This document shows positions 25,469 to 40,429 of a stretch of DNA of 64,000 nucleotides, piece by piece. A program made the translations under genes and the position numbers. The stretch comes from Leucoraja ocellata. Its lineage: Eukaryota. Position 1 is the first letter of the stretch, and each line of letters opens with the position of its first letter. A model generated the notes under the pieces. It saw only the letters and a list, made by a program, of their open reading frames with translations. It was not told the DNA's origin and searched no databases. Where the stretch lies: NCBI GenBank assembly GCA_036785375.1, contig JAWMAR010000105.1:1798001-1862000 (forward strand), read 5' to 3'.

Positions 25469-26344
25469 CTTGATGCTTTGTTAACTTCGGCTGGGTGGTT
25501 ATTATTCATTTTTTTCCCCACATTGTTAGTTATGCGAGCTGTGTGACATTTAGATTTTGGATGTTTTAAGCAGCGGTTTATTGTGGTGACTTAATTTGTT
25601 GGGAGGGGTAGGGCAGGATGATCATTTTTCAACACTACAATATACAAATCACCAAGTTTTGAGAACTTGGATAAGAAGTGGGTTGCACATGTGTGAACAA
25701 TGAAAATCCTACAACCTACTTCTTATCCAGTTCCCTAAAACCTGATTAAAATCTTCAATTCAGGACCTTATTTATTTGCATTTAAATTGCTTCTCTGCTT
25801 CTAGAATAAGCGGAAGTTATTTGTATATTATTCCAAATGAGAACTGACAAAGACTAGCTCTATAAGCTTTCAATTAAAGTAGTGAACACAACCTGTGCCT
25901 TGCAGCCTGTGGTTGTATTAATCAGATTGGCTTGGGGCCTGTTTTCAATCTTGATGTAGATCCATCATTGCTGTCTGCTGTGGAACAATTCATCCATACT
26001 GCCAGTTGTGTAATTTATACATGTCAAGTTTTTTTTGTTCCTGGATATCGAATTTGGGGAAGGAGAAGCAGTTTGAGGATGAGGTGACTTTTTTAATCCT
26101 GTATTGGAGCTTCTTATCCAATTGCTAATTGGATCATGATCCTGTATTTTTGACCGTAAGCCCAGGAATTTAGAAGTCAATATTACTGCTGCCATTGCTG
26201 ATGTCTACTTGGTTGGGGCTCTGGGTTGAATGTTTAGTTGCACCATGCATTTTTTCAACTGCTCTGTGGCATAGTATTTGCAGTGCAAAACTGGGACACC
26301 TAATCCAGTAGTAAGTGTTTCACCTTAACACTTGATGTTGAAGT

Positions 26345-26750
26345 CATGGAATAATAATAGTATGGAAGTAAGCCCTTTGGCCCAACCTGTACATGCTGAC
26401 TAAGATGTCTATTTGAATGAGTCCCATCTGCTTGATTTGGCCCATGTCCCTCCATCTTTCCTATCCTTATGACTAAATATCGATGAAACACTATTTTTAC
26501 CCACCTCTGGCAGCTTCCTCTGGCAGTTCGTTCCATGTACCCACCAGCCTCTGTATGTAAATGTTGCCTCTAGAGTCCCTTTTAAATGTCTCCCCTCTAA
26601 CCTTAAACTTATACCCTCCAGTTTAGACTCCCCTATCCCAGAAAAAGGATTGTAGCCATCCATCGCCTCTGCCCTTCATGATTTAATGTACCTCTATAAG
26701 GTCAGTCCTCAACCTCGTGCGTTCTTGGGAAACAAAGTCCCAGCTTCTCC
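26345..26750 (-). mobile_element. Older CR1 LINE 3' fragment
   Basis: ORF remnant GESKLEGISLRLEGRHLKG; ACCTCTATAAGGTCA motif; CR1 3' UTR. Confidence 0.7.
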
Positions 26751-27519
26751 TGCAGAGATTAATTCCTGGTACAAATTAACAATGCAGGTAAACACTGGTT
26801 CTGTTTTATTGCTTTTTTTTCGCCCCATTAAAGTAATTGGATTTTGAAGAAAAAAGAAAGCATTAAATGCTTATTGGTCTGTCCAGATTTTGTAATTTAT
26901 AGCAGAAATGGGACTTGCATTCATGATTATTGCTGCACACAACTGCACAGTCTAGCAGCACTGCTCGACAGGGCATTTTGGCTCTCGGTACAGCAAGTAA
27001 CATTCAGTCATTCAGACTGAATTCTCATTGAAACAGCATGAAAATAATATTTACTTTAAAACATAGTGTTACAGAAGGGGGAAAGAAGATAGGATTAAGT
27101 ATTTAAAATCTGCATTATTTGAAGAACAAATATTGATCTGCATTATTTGAAGAACAAATATTGATTTTTTTTTCCTCTCTTCCTGAAAATGGACCTTTGC
27201 TAGAATCCAATGGCATAAATACCAGCAGCATTCCTTTACGTATCGTGTTGGCATGCTCTGATTCCTGCTTGAAAGAACTCTGTTTTGCCCTCTGCTACTG
27301 ACAATTTCTTTACTTTAAGATCACAATCAACTACCAGGAGTGTAGAGCAGAATTCTTACTCGAGACATTAAGCACAATGTCCTTGTATCGGAGACGGGAT
27401 GCATGTGTGGTCACCTCGCGTGAATGGATCATGGCCTGTTGTTTTTTTTTCACTGTTATAGCTAAAAGTGACCACTTCAGTGTGCAGAATTTATTTAACC
27501 ATTGCTTCCGGTATATTTC

Positions 27520-27840
27520 TATTTTTTTTGACTATTTATTTTATTAGAAGCAATTGTACAAGGAGAAAGTAATCAACATAATTATACAATTTTCATACAG
27601 CTTCAATTTTAACATTTTATAAACTAATAACTAAATCGGAAAGAAGGGAAAGGAAGAAGAAAAAGAAAAGAAAGAATTTTGAAAAAGAAACAAAAGCGAA
27701 AAAAGAAAAACCCCTGAACTAACGAAGAAGTGAAAAAAGCGGACATGTATCCCACTACCCTTCCTTATGCCCGCTCACCCGACCCTATCCCATCTTAACA
27801 TTTTGCTATTTGTTTTGAATGGGATCCTATTTCCATTGTG
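27520..27840 (-). mobile_element. Probable L1/Tx1-like 3' UTR with poly(A)
   Basis: T-run and TTTATT at the left end followed by a long A/G-rich tract on the + strand. Confidence 0.4.
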
Positions 27841-27931
27841 GACAAATCAACAGCTGATTGCTACAGGTATCAGGACCTGAAGTGTTTTGTGCCAGTTATC
27901 TGGTCCACATTTTCCATGAGCCCTTCCATTA

Positions 27932-28222
27932 AGTCACACAGCACGGAGGTAGGCCTTTCAGACCACCTTGCCCAATAGTGACAAAGTTGGCATTCTAGGT
28001 GGTCATTTTTGCCCCTGTGGTCCTTCTCCCTTCTCAACTTAAACCAATGTTCCCTAGTTTTAGAATCCTCTATCCTGGGAGTAAGACTGGGTGTTTATCC
28101 ATGCTTCTCATGATCTAGTACACCCCAATAAGGTCACACTTCAGCCTCCTGCACTCTTCTTTAAAGGAAGTCCCAGGCTATCTAATCTCACTCTAACTCA
28201 AGCCGGCAAGTCCAGGTAATGA
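27932..28222 (-). mobile_element. Degenerate CR1 fragment
   Basis: CCCTAGTTTTAGAATCCTCTATCCTGGG and ATAAGGTCACAC motifs shared with 26345-26750. Confidence 0.55.
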
Positions 28223-30964
28223 TCCAAAATGTATTTATCCCCCCCCCGCCCCCTTCAAACACTAATCTGATTTATTTGTGATTTTGAATATTTCAATTAT
28301 GTACAGCAAATTGTTTCTCAACATAGCTCTTCCTACAAAACCAATACATGGCCATGTTTACCGAGGTGTCTGTTTTCTATTCTGGAATAACGTGAGAATC
28401 TGCTGTTTTTTTTTGATAATTGCTACTTTTATCTCCTGTTTTCTACTGGATCAGATAACCACTGTGTAGCATTGGTTTGGTTTTTGGTGCAATAAGAAAA
28501 ATAATGATTATTTAAGGATCCTAATATGATCTGGAATCGTGATCATCATGAGGCAGTAGTCACAAAAAAGGTCTTAGCAATGCAAGTTTATCAGGGATTG
28601 AAATTTTCCAGCATCTTGGCTGCTTTGTTCACTACAGGTCACATTTGTAATGAAGCTCGGAGCAACTTTTAGAATGAGAATTGGGTTAAATGGATTGTGG
28701 ACAATCTGAGGAAAGGCGGGCAGATAATGACTTTATCCATCATGTGAATACATTCAGTTACTTGTGACTATTCAGGAGTTTTTAATTTGCAATAAACATT
28801 CATGTATGTAGTTTCCCATTTCATTTCTCAATTCTGGCCTGTAATACTATAACATAAATGTAAAGATAATGAAGTAAATGGGTTTGTCCATTTTGCAGTA
28901 TCTGAGCCATCATTTTATATACTACAAGCCTACTCATTCCAAGGAAGATTACTCCAACTTATTCAATGTTTTTTCATAATTTCCCACTCCAGTCAATATA
29001 TACTCTCTCTGTCACCCTCATTGCAGTCATATCATTCCTCTAGTTGGGTGACTAAATATTATTCTGGCCCAACCCCCTCCCTCTTTTTGGTTTTAGTCGA
29101 GTGCAGAGTATAAGAACATCTCTTTATACCTCAACCAATGTTCTTGTTGACCTGTACTACCTGAAGCATTTGTGGTCCTGGATCTCTGTCTTCACACCAT
29201 TCAGGGTCTTACATATTCCTTTCCCTTGTGCACAGTCTCATTTTGTCATGTCCAACTGACCGGACCCCATCTACATGTTATGCAATCTAAAACGTTGCTT
29301 CACCAACCATGTAGTCGATTTTTTTATATCCTCTACAAACTCAGGTGGAGCCTCCAGTTTATATGATGCCCATCACCCATGATTCTGTGCTTCCTTCCAG
29401 TGTGCTAACTTTTAATCTACTTTGCTGCCCTGCCTTTGATCATGTGAACTTTTTGTAAAAGTGCCATGTGGCACTGTGTCAAAGCCTTGCTAAAATTCAA
29501 TGTTGTCTACATCAAATATACTGGCCTTGTACACCCACTTTGCTTTCACCTTTTAAAAGAAAATCGATCAAGTTTGACATGACCATCTTTTAACCCATCC
29601 ATTCTTGGAGTTGCCGATTAATCTGTACCTTTCCAAATGAAAACCTATAGAGTGTCCCTTGGAATTTTAGTAATGGTTCAAAGATTATCAGCCACTTGGT
29701 CAGAACTGATCAGACATTTTACAGGCATTAGGATTAGTTGTCGATTAAATTCATTTCACAACCAATGCAGTAGTTTTATTAACAATTCTCGTCTAATATC
29801 CAATCTTTCAAAGCATGAGCCGCACCAGGAAAAATAAGGACCGTGAATATATTGAATGGTTTAAAAACCCAAATGACCCCCATTAATCCGCTTCAGAAAA
29901 ATCTGTTGAATACCATATATTGCCTCCGTGGGCCTCAATTCCATGCTGTTATTGCCGCTTGATGTCCTCTTAGATGTTTGAGGATAAACCTGGTAACACA
30001 TTCCGAGACTTTTCTTTCTTCTGGTTTTTAATGAAAGATTGTTCTGTCTTCAACTTTCCCTCCTTGGGTTTCATTTTTTATGTTTGAGTTTTAATCTCCC
30101 CGCCCACCCTACTAGTTTTCCTCGGGATATTAACAGCGTGTATTTTTTTTGCTGTAGATCTATTCTCTCCTTCCCATATCATCAATTCCCAGCTTTTAAT
30201 GAATATCTTTATTAACTTTCTGCCCCTCGGTCTTGTACATTTGAGAATGAGTAAACCTGCTTTGGTAACTAGTGCAAATAAATTCCATGCCTATCTTTTT
30301 CATATAGGAATGTGCTTTATGGAAATTGTTCATTCTAGGACATTAAGTCAAGCTTTGTTGTTCTCTCTTAAAGAAATACTCACCTTAAGTGTCAGAACAG
30401 GGTAAATATTTCATTTTTGGAGAAAGATAAGCAGCTGTTTAATTTGGTAGACTTGTCGAATCAGTCTAGGACTCAAAATAACATGAGGAAATGTTTGTAG
30501 AGCAATAATGTACGTGCAATTTCACGTATCCAGAGCTTTCACGTGTAGATGTGTCTTGATGAGTCATTGTTTGGATTAGAACGTAATAAAATGGATTAAT
30601 TTTTAAACTATGTTCTTATTTTAGAACATCTATTGAGCAAAGCAGAAATAACAAATCTGCTTTGGAGGCTTGACTTGCCTCAGAACCAAGAACAATGTTT
30701 AAGGTTGGGTAACCAGTCACAGTACAGTCATTGTCACATACTGCTGATTTAAGAAATGTGTTTAATCATGCCTTGGAGGTGTAGGGTTTGGGTTCCATTC
30801 CATGGATGTTGCTATATTATCTAGCCAGGGTTTTGAATTGCATTTATTCAGTGGGCCTATTTGTGCTTATGGCTTGTCGTGTGAGCGTTTGGCAAGTGTT
30901 ATCTGAATATAGTGCTAGAAACAGCATGTATTTTTGTTTCTTTTGGCCAAGCGTGCAGAGTGCA

Positions 30965-31272
30965 AGGTGATGCTGCTGGTGCAGCTGTGTTACACCCCCC
31001 AGTAAACTGGATTTGATCCGGACAACTGGTGTCTACACATCTCCTTGTGATCATGCGCATGTCCCCTGAGTACTTGGTTCCCTCCTGTTTTCCAGAGAGT
31101 TGTTGGGGGGTTATTTGAGTACTGCAGATTCCCCCTCGTTGTAGATGGTTCTTGAGAGGATTCGTATAACCGGTACTTCTGAAAGAACAGGTGTCGGGTG
31201 ATAAGTGGAATGTGAATGATTAGGAGAACCAGCATAGTCTTGATGGGCTGAATGGCCGCCTCCGCTGTCATA
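30965..31272 (+). mobile_element. V-SINE-like SINE, degenerate
   Basis: GATTTGATCC B-box; 3' TTGATGGGCTGAATGGCC. Confidence 0.5.
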
Positions 31273-32573
31273 AAATGTGAGATGTAGAAGCGTGAGTAGA
31301 ATAGACCAAGCTTCTTTATCCAACACCTTTGTTGTTCTTGGGCACACCTGCAATTAGTTTTGTTTAGTTTAAATCTGCAATAAATGTTTCTGTACCCATT
31401 CTAAGAGCATCTGCCCTGTGTGGGGAATAATCCAATACTATAAAAGCCTCTAAGATTCTCCACACTTCTCACTTGCTTCTCACTTGCCACAACTGTCACA
31501 TTTACAATTGATCCCCTGCAGATATGGTGCTGTGAAACACTTTGAGGTGTCCACAAATATGACAGATGGAGTAAATCTGCGTCGATTGTAACCTAAGGTG
31601 CCTCCTGCAGCATGAGATAGTTCTGACTGGAAGAAAACCTGATCGGTTGTTTGCAGCTTGCTTTAAAATTTACTTTCTGGGCGAGTTGCAACGTCGTAAT
31701 TGTAGAAACAAGGATTGTAGAAACAAGGAACTGAAAATGCAGGAAAATGGCACAAAGTGCCTGACTAACCATTGATTATGGTTGTTATCTATGCAAGTGT
31801 TTATCTGAATGCTGTGCAGGAACTTTATCATAGCTGTGGAAGCATTCAGTCCAGCTAAATGCCTGCTCTTGCTGGAATAGTGAAGGGTTGACTTTTATTT
31901 ATTTTTTTTTACTGAAGTTTGGGCCAACAGCACATACCTGGGAAAATTCTGATTCTATACGAAATATCTGAAGAATGTTGTAAGCAGTTAAAACATAAAA
32001 CAGCATTGGCCCAAATGATTTTTTTTCTTTAGAATTTTGGTATTTATGAAACAATGTTTTTGTTAGCCTTTTGGAAGGTTGGTTACAGATTAGTCCCCGA
32101 AACCACAAAACGTTAATCAATTTTTAATCTCGTTTGGATTAAATTTTTATTAGTGTGGTCAGTTTCCTTGGTAATCTAAGTTTCTGGTTACCTTATCTGT
32201 TTTCTTGTCATGTTTGTTTTCTTATCAAATGTATTTTCAGGTGGTGGCCTTTTGCATTTCTTGTCCTCCATCCCGTGGGAAATATTTTACTTTGTTTGTA
32301 TTTGGGCCTAGCCAAGATCACAGCAACACACGTACAAGTGATCACTTATTGGAACTGTCTCTAGTTTGTTTGCACACAATAATTTCCATTACTATTGGAG
32401 ACAAATTACTGAAATATTCATGCTGTTGAAATATTTGCACGTCTATCATGTCATGCAATTATACATGCTTGGTTCCTGTCAGCACTTAAAAATTCTAAGA
32501 ATTTAATTTAAATGAATTTGCTTTCAGTTTAGTAGATAGATAATTCTGGGGAAATGAAAAGGGAGTTGTATCT

Positions 32574-32849
32574 TTCAGTTTAGGTTATAGATACAGGGCG
32601 GAAACAGGCCCTAGGGCCCACCAGGTCCGCACCGACCAGCGATCCCTGCATATTAACACTATCCTACACCCACACATTTACCAAGCCAATTAACCTACAT
32701 ACCTGTACGTCTTTGGAATGTGGAAGGAAACCGAAGATCTCGGAGAAAACCCACACGGGTCATGTGGAGAACGTACAAACTTTGTGCAGACAGCACTCGT
32801 AGTCGGGATCGAACCCGGGTTGGGCAGCAACTCTACCGCTGCGCCACCG
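32574..32849 (-). mobile_element. V-SINE/HE1-like tRNA-derived SINE
   Basis: Minus-strand A box TGGCGCAGCGG, B box GTTCGATCC, V-domain and CR1-like 3' tail; homologous to 46193-46494. Confidence 0.85.
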
Positions 32850-32871
32850 GTACAAAGCATTGCCATAGTCA

Positions 32872-33092
32872 ACTTTTTCAGAGGGTGGAGGATATATGGG
32901 ACGAGCTGCCAGAGGAGGTAGTTGAGGCAGGTCCTATCACGCATTTAGATGGCTCGATGGAAAGGCAAGGTTTAGAGGGATATGGGATAAATGTGGGCAG
33001 GTGGGACTGGTAGATGGGGCACCTTGGTTGGCATGAGTAGGTTGGGCCGAAGGGCCTGTTTGTGCTTTATGATTCACTATATGACTCTATGA
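32872..33092 (+). mobile_element. CR1 LINE 3' end
   Basis: FQRVEDIWDELPEEVVEAG...LEGYG; GGGCCGAAGGGCCTGTT and (CTATGA)-like tail. Confidence 0.8.
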
Positions 33093-35009
33093 GGTCGTCA
33101 ATGTGTGGAAAAAGTTTTAAACTTAAATTTATTAAACGGGGTAAAAGCCTTTTGCCGCTCGTCAAAGAATGAAAGGGCTTTGAATTTCTTCAACTGACCT
33201 TTTGCCACTTCCTAATACTTAATTCCATTTATTCCATTGAAATTGTTGCCTCGTACAAAGCTGTGGTCAAAGATCATGAAGGAGTTGAGAATGTCATGTT
33301 AATTTGTTAAAGACCATAGAGCAAAATGTACTGGCAACAGGGCCATATGGAAGACTGCTATCAAATTTGCATGAATTGGGTGATGTAAGGAGACCTTGGT
33401 CTTGGTGACAGCAAAGTAAATGTACAGTTTAACAAATGTGTCTTGGCTTGTTTTGACTTAAATAGCGTTCACCTTTAACACTGACAGTGGATGGGGCAAC
33501 CAAGCTGCAAGGATGAGGGAGCTAAGTTTAAAGAATCAATCTATGGCCCAGATCATGCTTGTATGCCATTCTTCTGATAGCTGACAATATTGGGCAGGTC
33601 ATTGTAACCCCAGCTTCCTTGCTGTGTGCTGTCAGAGTTGCTCCTGCTCCACTTGGCATTTGCTCGATTGTCCCTGGCCCCTCTGCTTTACACCAGCCCA
33701 GCAAAATCCCATTCCTTTCATTTGGATCACTGACATGCGTGGGGAAAAATAATTGGTTTGGTGTTTCATTTAGTAGCACTTAAAATTGACTTGTGTAAAC
33801 AAAATATTTAACATTTAAATCTTTCCAATGTCCAGTCGGACATATTGGAAGTGATTGAAAAGGCCACCTGACAACACAACTTATGGCCATTTGGGTAGGA
33901 CCTCATCTGCTGCCTGTGAACTGCTCTGCCTCCTGGGGTGGCTATGGCAGCAATGTATCCAACTTCATTCCACCTGCAGCCCTGTGGACTACTTAAAGTA
34001 CAGATTTGCGCCGAGCATAATTTGTCTCCAATTATCGGGAGAGGAAAGATGAATGCCTCAACCTGGTATGAATCTGTTTGCTGTTAAGAAGAGTGTGTTG
34101 GAATGGACAAAATGTGGGAGTGGCATTTCTTGGTACTGAGGGGTTGTTTTTGCCCAAAATCGCTGAACGGATAAAACCTGGACTGGAGCCGAGGGAAGAT
34201 ATTAATCTCACTGAATAAATACATCAAGTAGCACACTGATTTATTTGTAATCTGGGATGGGAAGTACATGCATTCCAAGTATTTGGTTTGTGAAAAGCAA
34301 GGTATTGCAGGAATGAATAATTCCAACCAGTCATTCCTCATTCTTTACCTGAATGTCTTTGCTTAATGTATTCCTTTCATGTACTACTGGGCAGTGTGCA
34401 TAATCGGATTGCTCACAACAACTGATTTACTGATAATTGAATCGGGTGATTCATCGTTGTATTGAATGGAATGTGTAGTCAGATACCACAAGTTGCACAT
34501 CATTCTGTACGCAGGCACGTTTCACTATGTTACAGCAGTTGCATTGTTTGCTAGTAGATAGTTAATGTTTACAACAAAGCCATACCCCATACCCATCTGT
34601 AGCAATCACCTCTGACAATGCTGGGAATTATGTCTTTTAGCATAAATTAGAAAGGGTTTCAAAATATTATAGTGTTGAATGGTTCAAGAATCACTCGGAA
34701 CAGGTACCAGCTTAAAATTGTGTAATAGTTGAGATGAATTTAATATTTCTGTCTGCCCACACGGTCAAATGTCTAACATATCACTACATGCAGGATTCTG
34801 AAAAATCAATCCTCAGTTCCTTCTGATAGGCCTGCTGTGGTGAATGCTCCTGAGGGTTTTAAAAACTGCAGTACATTTTCAGGATAATTTGATTTTTAGT
34901 TTTGGCTTGGAGGAGCCCTTGCCCTTCAATGTTGGCGTAATATTAGTTTGGGATCTACTGGCATGCAGGCATTTAGTTGCTGCAGCACATCAAGTGAATT
35001 GTCCACTTG

Positions 35010-35118
35010 GAACCCAAATCCTCACCTCTCCACTTTCTCCACAGATGCTACCTGTCCCACTGAATTACACCAGTATTTTGTCTATCTGGTATAAACCATC
35101 ATCTGCAGTTCCTTTTTA
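35010..35118 (+). mobile_element. PLE-terminus remnant
   Basis: CTCCACAGATGCTACCTGTCCCACTGAATTACACCAG...ATCTGCAGTTCC. Confidence 0.6.
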
Positions 35119-36459
35119 TTACATACGTGAGGAGTACACTAGGGGAAATGAATGTATCAATATTAGGGTACTAATAGTACTTCCAATCGTAAAACTGTTA
35201 ACTGGACTAGAGTGGTGCACTACTCCAATTTACTGTATTTTCTATAAGCATTGGCAGGGTGTACATTTGATATGTTGGCATCTGGTACCCAGATTGAGCT
35301 TGTGTGACATGTCCAGCTTTGTGTTATGTTGTGGATATTAGATGGTTAAAAATTGGCCGTTCTGGATGTAGTTGTATGTGGGCCAGAGTGGGCAAAAATC
35401 AGTGAACTCCCTTTTCGTGTGAGTGAACATGATGAGCTCTACGAATCTGCTAAATTGCCATCATCTCCATTATTGTCAGTAGATTTTAATTATCTGTTGC
35501 TGCTTTATCCACATTTTTAATTCTCCACTATCTATTTTGATTTTAACTTTGTGTCGGTCTAGATCTATGGGTATAGCTATTCATACGTAACTAATATCTG
35601 GATGGGACTGCTTAAGCATGTAGGTTATGGGTTAAATACCTGGTAGTTAACCCTTGATCTACATGCGTAAGTGGAACAACCGGCTAAAGGGCCTGAGGCA
35701 GTTAGGGTTGGGATACAATCTTGTTTGGATTCTGTACATGCTGTCTCCACTAGTCAATCAGTATTCTTTACATCACCTTTTACACCAGACTATGTGATGG
35801 TTGCCTACGCCTAATGTCCTGTGATGTGTCTGCAAGCTGTTGAAGTGCCTTGAAATAAGCATCCTGATAACCGGACATGCTATTTAATACATTTGATGGA
35901 AGTTTAATACACTTTTCATTCTAAACCTAAAACAATTGGTTGGATAGGTGTTATCTGAATATTCCTGGAGGAGAGAACAATTGGACGGTTTCTCTAATTG
36001 GGGAAAACTCCCTAAACCTTGCATACACATAAATGAGATTCTTGCAGTTATGTGTTTTAATTGCTGCAATTTTGCTCGGATCTCTGGTGTGATGAGACTA
36101 TTAGCAAAAGGGGGTCTAACATGATCTTAATGGTTTTCTGGCACTTTGGCTACTTGTCCGTTCAGATTTGTCCCAAGAAGAGACCTGACTGAGTTGCTCC
36201 AGCACTTTTTTTTTTTTTTTTTAACAGTAGAAATAGGATATCTATTTGAGGTCAAGGTTGCGCATGTGAATGATGTGGTCAGTCCATGTGGTCAACTGAA
36301 TGACTAAAGCCACAATATTGTAGATGTTGGCCTGGGAGACGATGCTGCTTGTTGGTCTGCTTATTCTTGGAGAATTCATTGGAGGATGTGAAGAATTTTG
36401 CAGCAACCCATTTTGTGATGTTCCGTTACCTTGAGATGCCGGCTGTCAGACGTCCACGT

Positions 36460-37148
36460 CTCAGTTCAGTTTAGTTTATTGTCACGTGTACCAATGTACT
36501 GTGAAAAGCTTTTGTTGCGTGCTATCCAGTCGGGTGAAAGACAATGCATGATTACACTCGAGCCATTTATAGTATATAGATGCATGATAAAGGGAATAAC
36601 GTTTGGTGTCGGGTAAAGCCAGCAAAGTTCGATCAAGGTTAGTCCGAGTGTCACCAAAGAGTTGGATAGTAGTTCAGCACTGATCTCTGGTTGTGGTAGG
36701 ATGGTTCAATACACAATAGGTGTGGGGATAGGCCATTCGGCCCTTCAAGCCAGCACCGCCATTCAACATGATCATGGTTGATCATCCCCAATCAGTACCC
36801 CGTTCCTGCCTTCTCCCCATATCCCTGACCCGCTATGTTTAAGAGCCCTATCTAGCTCTCTCTTGAAAGTATCTAGAGAACATGCCTCCACTGCCCTCTG
36901 AGGCAGAGAATTCCACACTCACAACTCTGTTTCCTCGTCAACCGTGTCCAAGTGCCTTTAGCGTGGCCAAACCCTTAATAATCTTATATGTTTCAATAAG
37001 ATCCCCTCTCATTCTTCTATACTCCAGAGTGTACAAGCCCAGCCGCTCCATTCTCTCAGCATATGACAGTCCCGCCATCCCGGGAATTAACCTTGTAAAC
37101 CTACGCTGCACTCCCTCAATAGCAAGAATGACCAGGTTCAGTTGCCTG
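36460..37148 (-). mobile_element. Rex/Babar-like 3' end interrupted by a nested CR1 (36709-37130)
   Basis: CR1 ORF remnant LAIEGVQRRFTRLIPGMAGLSYAERMERLGLYTLEYRRMRGDLIETYKIIKG; GGTTCA duplicated at 36703-36708 and 37135-37140. Confidence 0.8.
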
Positions 37149-38028
37149 GTCATTGGTGCCTGATAGAACATGGGCTTTATGCCAGGTCAAGTGCATTGGT
37201 GAATTTTATTGATGTCTGCCTTCACCGGAGAGGTGCGTCTGCAATGGAAGAAATGGTTCCATTGTCTATTTTTTATTGACTTTGTGACGCAGCTGGAGCA
37301 AGGTGTGTTTTCAGAAGTAATAGCAGTACATCACCTTCATTATTTTAACATATTAAGTGAATTTATTAGTTACTGTAGAGTCTTCCACTGATTCTATTCT
37401 AACAGTACATATACTCCAACTAAACTAATCCTTTGAAGAAAATAATGCCGTAACTCGTGTCGGTCAATGATGACTAGTATACGGTGTAGCTGAAACGTAA
37501 ATGGTTTTGAATCCAGGGAACTAAATTGTAAAGAAAAAGCTATTTTAATGTTTGTTTCCTGTCTGTGCTGCTGGCTATTGTGTAACCAACAACAATCCTG
37601 AAGAGAGTTTCTCAAGCAGCTAAACGAGAGTTGCTCTTTTAGCAAGAAAGGTAAACGTGAGCCAATGCTGTGTTTTTTTGGTCCAGAGAAGCATGATACT
37701 TCTGGAGGTAAAATAGACTTAAAATTAAGACTGCCAAATGAGATTTAAACGACCTAAAAACTTGCTTGCACAGATGAATTCTTGAGGGAAGGGTGGTGAA
37801 GTAGAAGATTGCTTGGGGAATTCCACAACAAACACCAGGCTGTGGCGAGATAGCAACAATGGAAGAAAGGGAGTAAAGGAATGCACAAAAGTTGAATCAT
37901 ACAGTGTTTGGGCAGGAAGTTGAAAATAATTTTGTGCGATGGTGTGGGTATATCCGCTCTATGATCTTTGGGTTGGACTAGAGTATTAATGTAGGAGTGA
38001 TGACAAAATAACTGACCTTTAGGCTAAG

Positions 38029-38220
38029 GGCACAAAGTGCTTGAGTAACTCAGCGGGACAGGCAGCATTCTGGAGAACATGGATAGGTGACACGGGGTCC
38101 TTCTTCAAACCCAAAATGTCACCTATCCATGTTCTCCAGAGATGCTGCCCGACCTGTTAAGTTACTCGGGCACTTTGTGTACATTGTCTATTAACCAGCA
38201 TCTGTCGTTCTTTGTTTCTA
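38029..38220. mobile_element. Fold-back PLE-terminus element
   Basis: ~65-bp inverted arms (...CTGGAGAACATGGATAGGTGACA / TGTCACCTATCCATGTTCTCCAG...) around a hammerhead remnant. Confidence 0.8.
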
Positions 38221-40429
38221 ACCATTTGGGGGAAATTAGCTGGAGATAGGAGTACTTTTGAGAATGAGATGTCAGATTTTCAGCAAAGGGTGGAGGGGAT
38301 TAAAGTAGACCGAACTGTTTGACTGGTCTTGAGACATTGGTTGGGAAGAGGAAAGGATATGCAGGTGCTTTGGCTTCAGCCTTCGAAACTGAAGGCTTTG
38401 TGACTCTGCCTGTCCGCAGGATAAGCAGGGTGACCACATGCCGGTAGTGTAGGTGAGTGCTGCCCGAATGTGGAAGCAGAACACCATCTGTTGCCAAAAG
38501 AATGCCATGGAAGAGCAGTCATCGTTGAAGATGCCATTGGTTGCTTAATAGTCAAACCAAGTGACCAGTCCTAATTGATTGGAGGAAGAAGTCATTGTCA
38601 AATCTGCATGAGATTGATAATTTTTTGCACTTCCAATATGCCATTTGAAATGTTTGTGTCCATTTAAGTAATGAAGGGATTTGAAGTAACATTATGGGTG
38701 TAGAGTTGGCAAGGAAGATCGTCTAACACTGGTGATTTCTTTGTCATTGCAAGTATTTGGAAATTAAAATTAGTCGGCCTAAAGTTTTAAAAATGTGTGT
38801 AAATGCATTGAACTAGTGTGAATTGACTTTCAATCCTCTGATTCATTCATGTTGTATTCACTGAAATGGAATTTGACTAATCTGGGGCTGCTGGACTACT
38901 GACGTTTCCCATGCACCTTTTAACCTCCGGTATTCTCAGCATGAAGATGCTCTGCTGTGGCTTTTAAAATCTGGTTTCTTGAGGTTTCACCACAAGTGCC
39001 CCGTCATGACCAGAGCATGAGATTCTTGAAGCAAGTTATAAAATTGTGAAATAGCTGTACTGAGAATCGAGTTTATATGGGGAGTGTAAGTTTTGAAATG
39101 CCTTCGCCAGTAGTGCAGCAGCTTGTGACCTGGTATCTAAGCAACTGTATCTAAATTTCACTATAACCTTGTGTTGTAACCTATCTACAGAATTGAGTTT
39201 GCTGGTGCAAAACAAAAAGGCAAGAATCTTTTGGGGGTGTGGGTAAATTGTTGGCTCTTTGCAAAGCAACGCCTTTACAACTTATGTAACTGTACGAGGA
39301 CTTGAGTTTATCGTTGCCGTTCTTAAAAACAAAAATTGAACACCACCCCTTGATGCAAGGTTTCTTGATTGTGAACAACTACCATTTTAGAACAATATCG
39401 GGGCATTTTTATGTTTAACTTTAATTGACTACTTGAGAAGCTCAAGATGCTGGAGCCCCCTTCAGTAACCATGACAATGTACAAGTTTAAATCGCATGAA
39501 AAATTATTCCATGAGTCCTTTTATAGCTAACTAGAATCTTAATGCATGGAATACAGCCTTGGCTACCAGATTAAATTTTAACCCAGAGCATTTTTTTAAG
39601 AATCTAAAATAACATTAAGTTTGAATTTGCTGTCAGCTCATGGATTTGAGCTCCATTTGAAGACTGTTTGAATTTAAGGTGACTGCAGTTTCATGCTTAT
39701 GAAATATTACTTTTGGGCCTCCTTTGGGAGATCTAAATCCCAATCTTATCAATGTCCTGAATAATACTTCTCTCATTTACAATATACAAATGGATTACAA
39801 TATTTCCCAGCCTGGTAACTAACAAAAGTAATTTATTGTCTGTGACATAATGTTTGAGAACATGCTAAGTAGACATTTGAGAAGGAAGCCACAATTAGAT
39901 ATTCGGGGATGTTACAAATTGTGCACTTTGCTTTGCGACTTGGATTTAAAGTGGCAAGTTTAAACTTGAGTGGAATTAGCACTTTACATTAATCAGTGTA
40001 TTGACATAAAAATCTGAAATCTAAGAGATCCCAAATTCTCAAAGCTCAAGGTTACAATTTAATATTTAAGTATGATCTGATGTTAAAATAGACTCTTAAT
40101 AGTTAAACCCTATCTCCAAAGCTAATTCATTGTACTGGTCTGTATGCCAATGCTAGTCGGTATTGATTTCCATTCTTGTCCCTTGACATAAACAATTTGC
40201 ACTTGAACTTGCAGGACTTAAAGAGAGAAAATGTCCCCGTCAAGTGGGTTTTTCCAAACAATGTAATGCAGAGCCAAAGATATTGAGGGGTATGCTCAAT
40301 CTTGTTGTAGATTATATTTTGATGGTGGTTTGGAAAGAAACCTAGAACTTTATCACATGCACCAAACACTGAGGATTGTGTGTGCAAAATGAGGATTAGA
40401 GGACTAATGCCCATTGTTGTTTGTGGCTT

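Noticed and set aside
27108-27163. Perfect 28-bp tandem duplication
   Set aside because: Ordinary slippage duplication with no further structure
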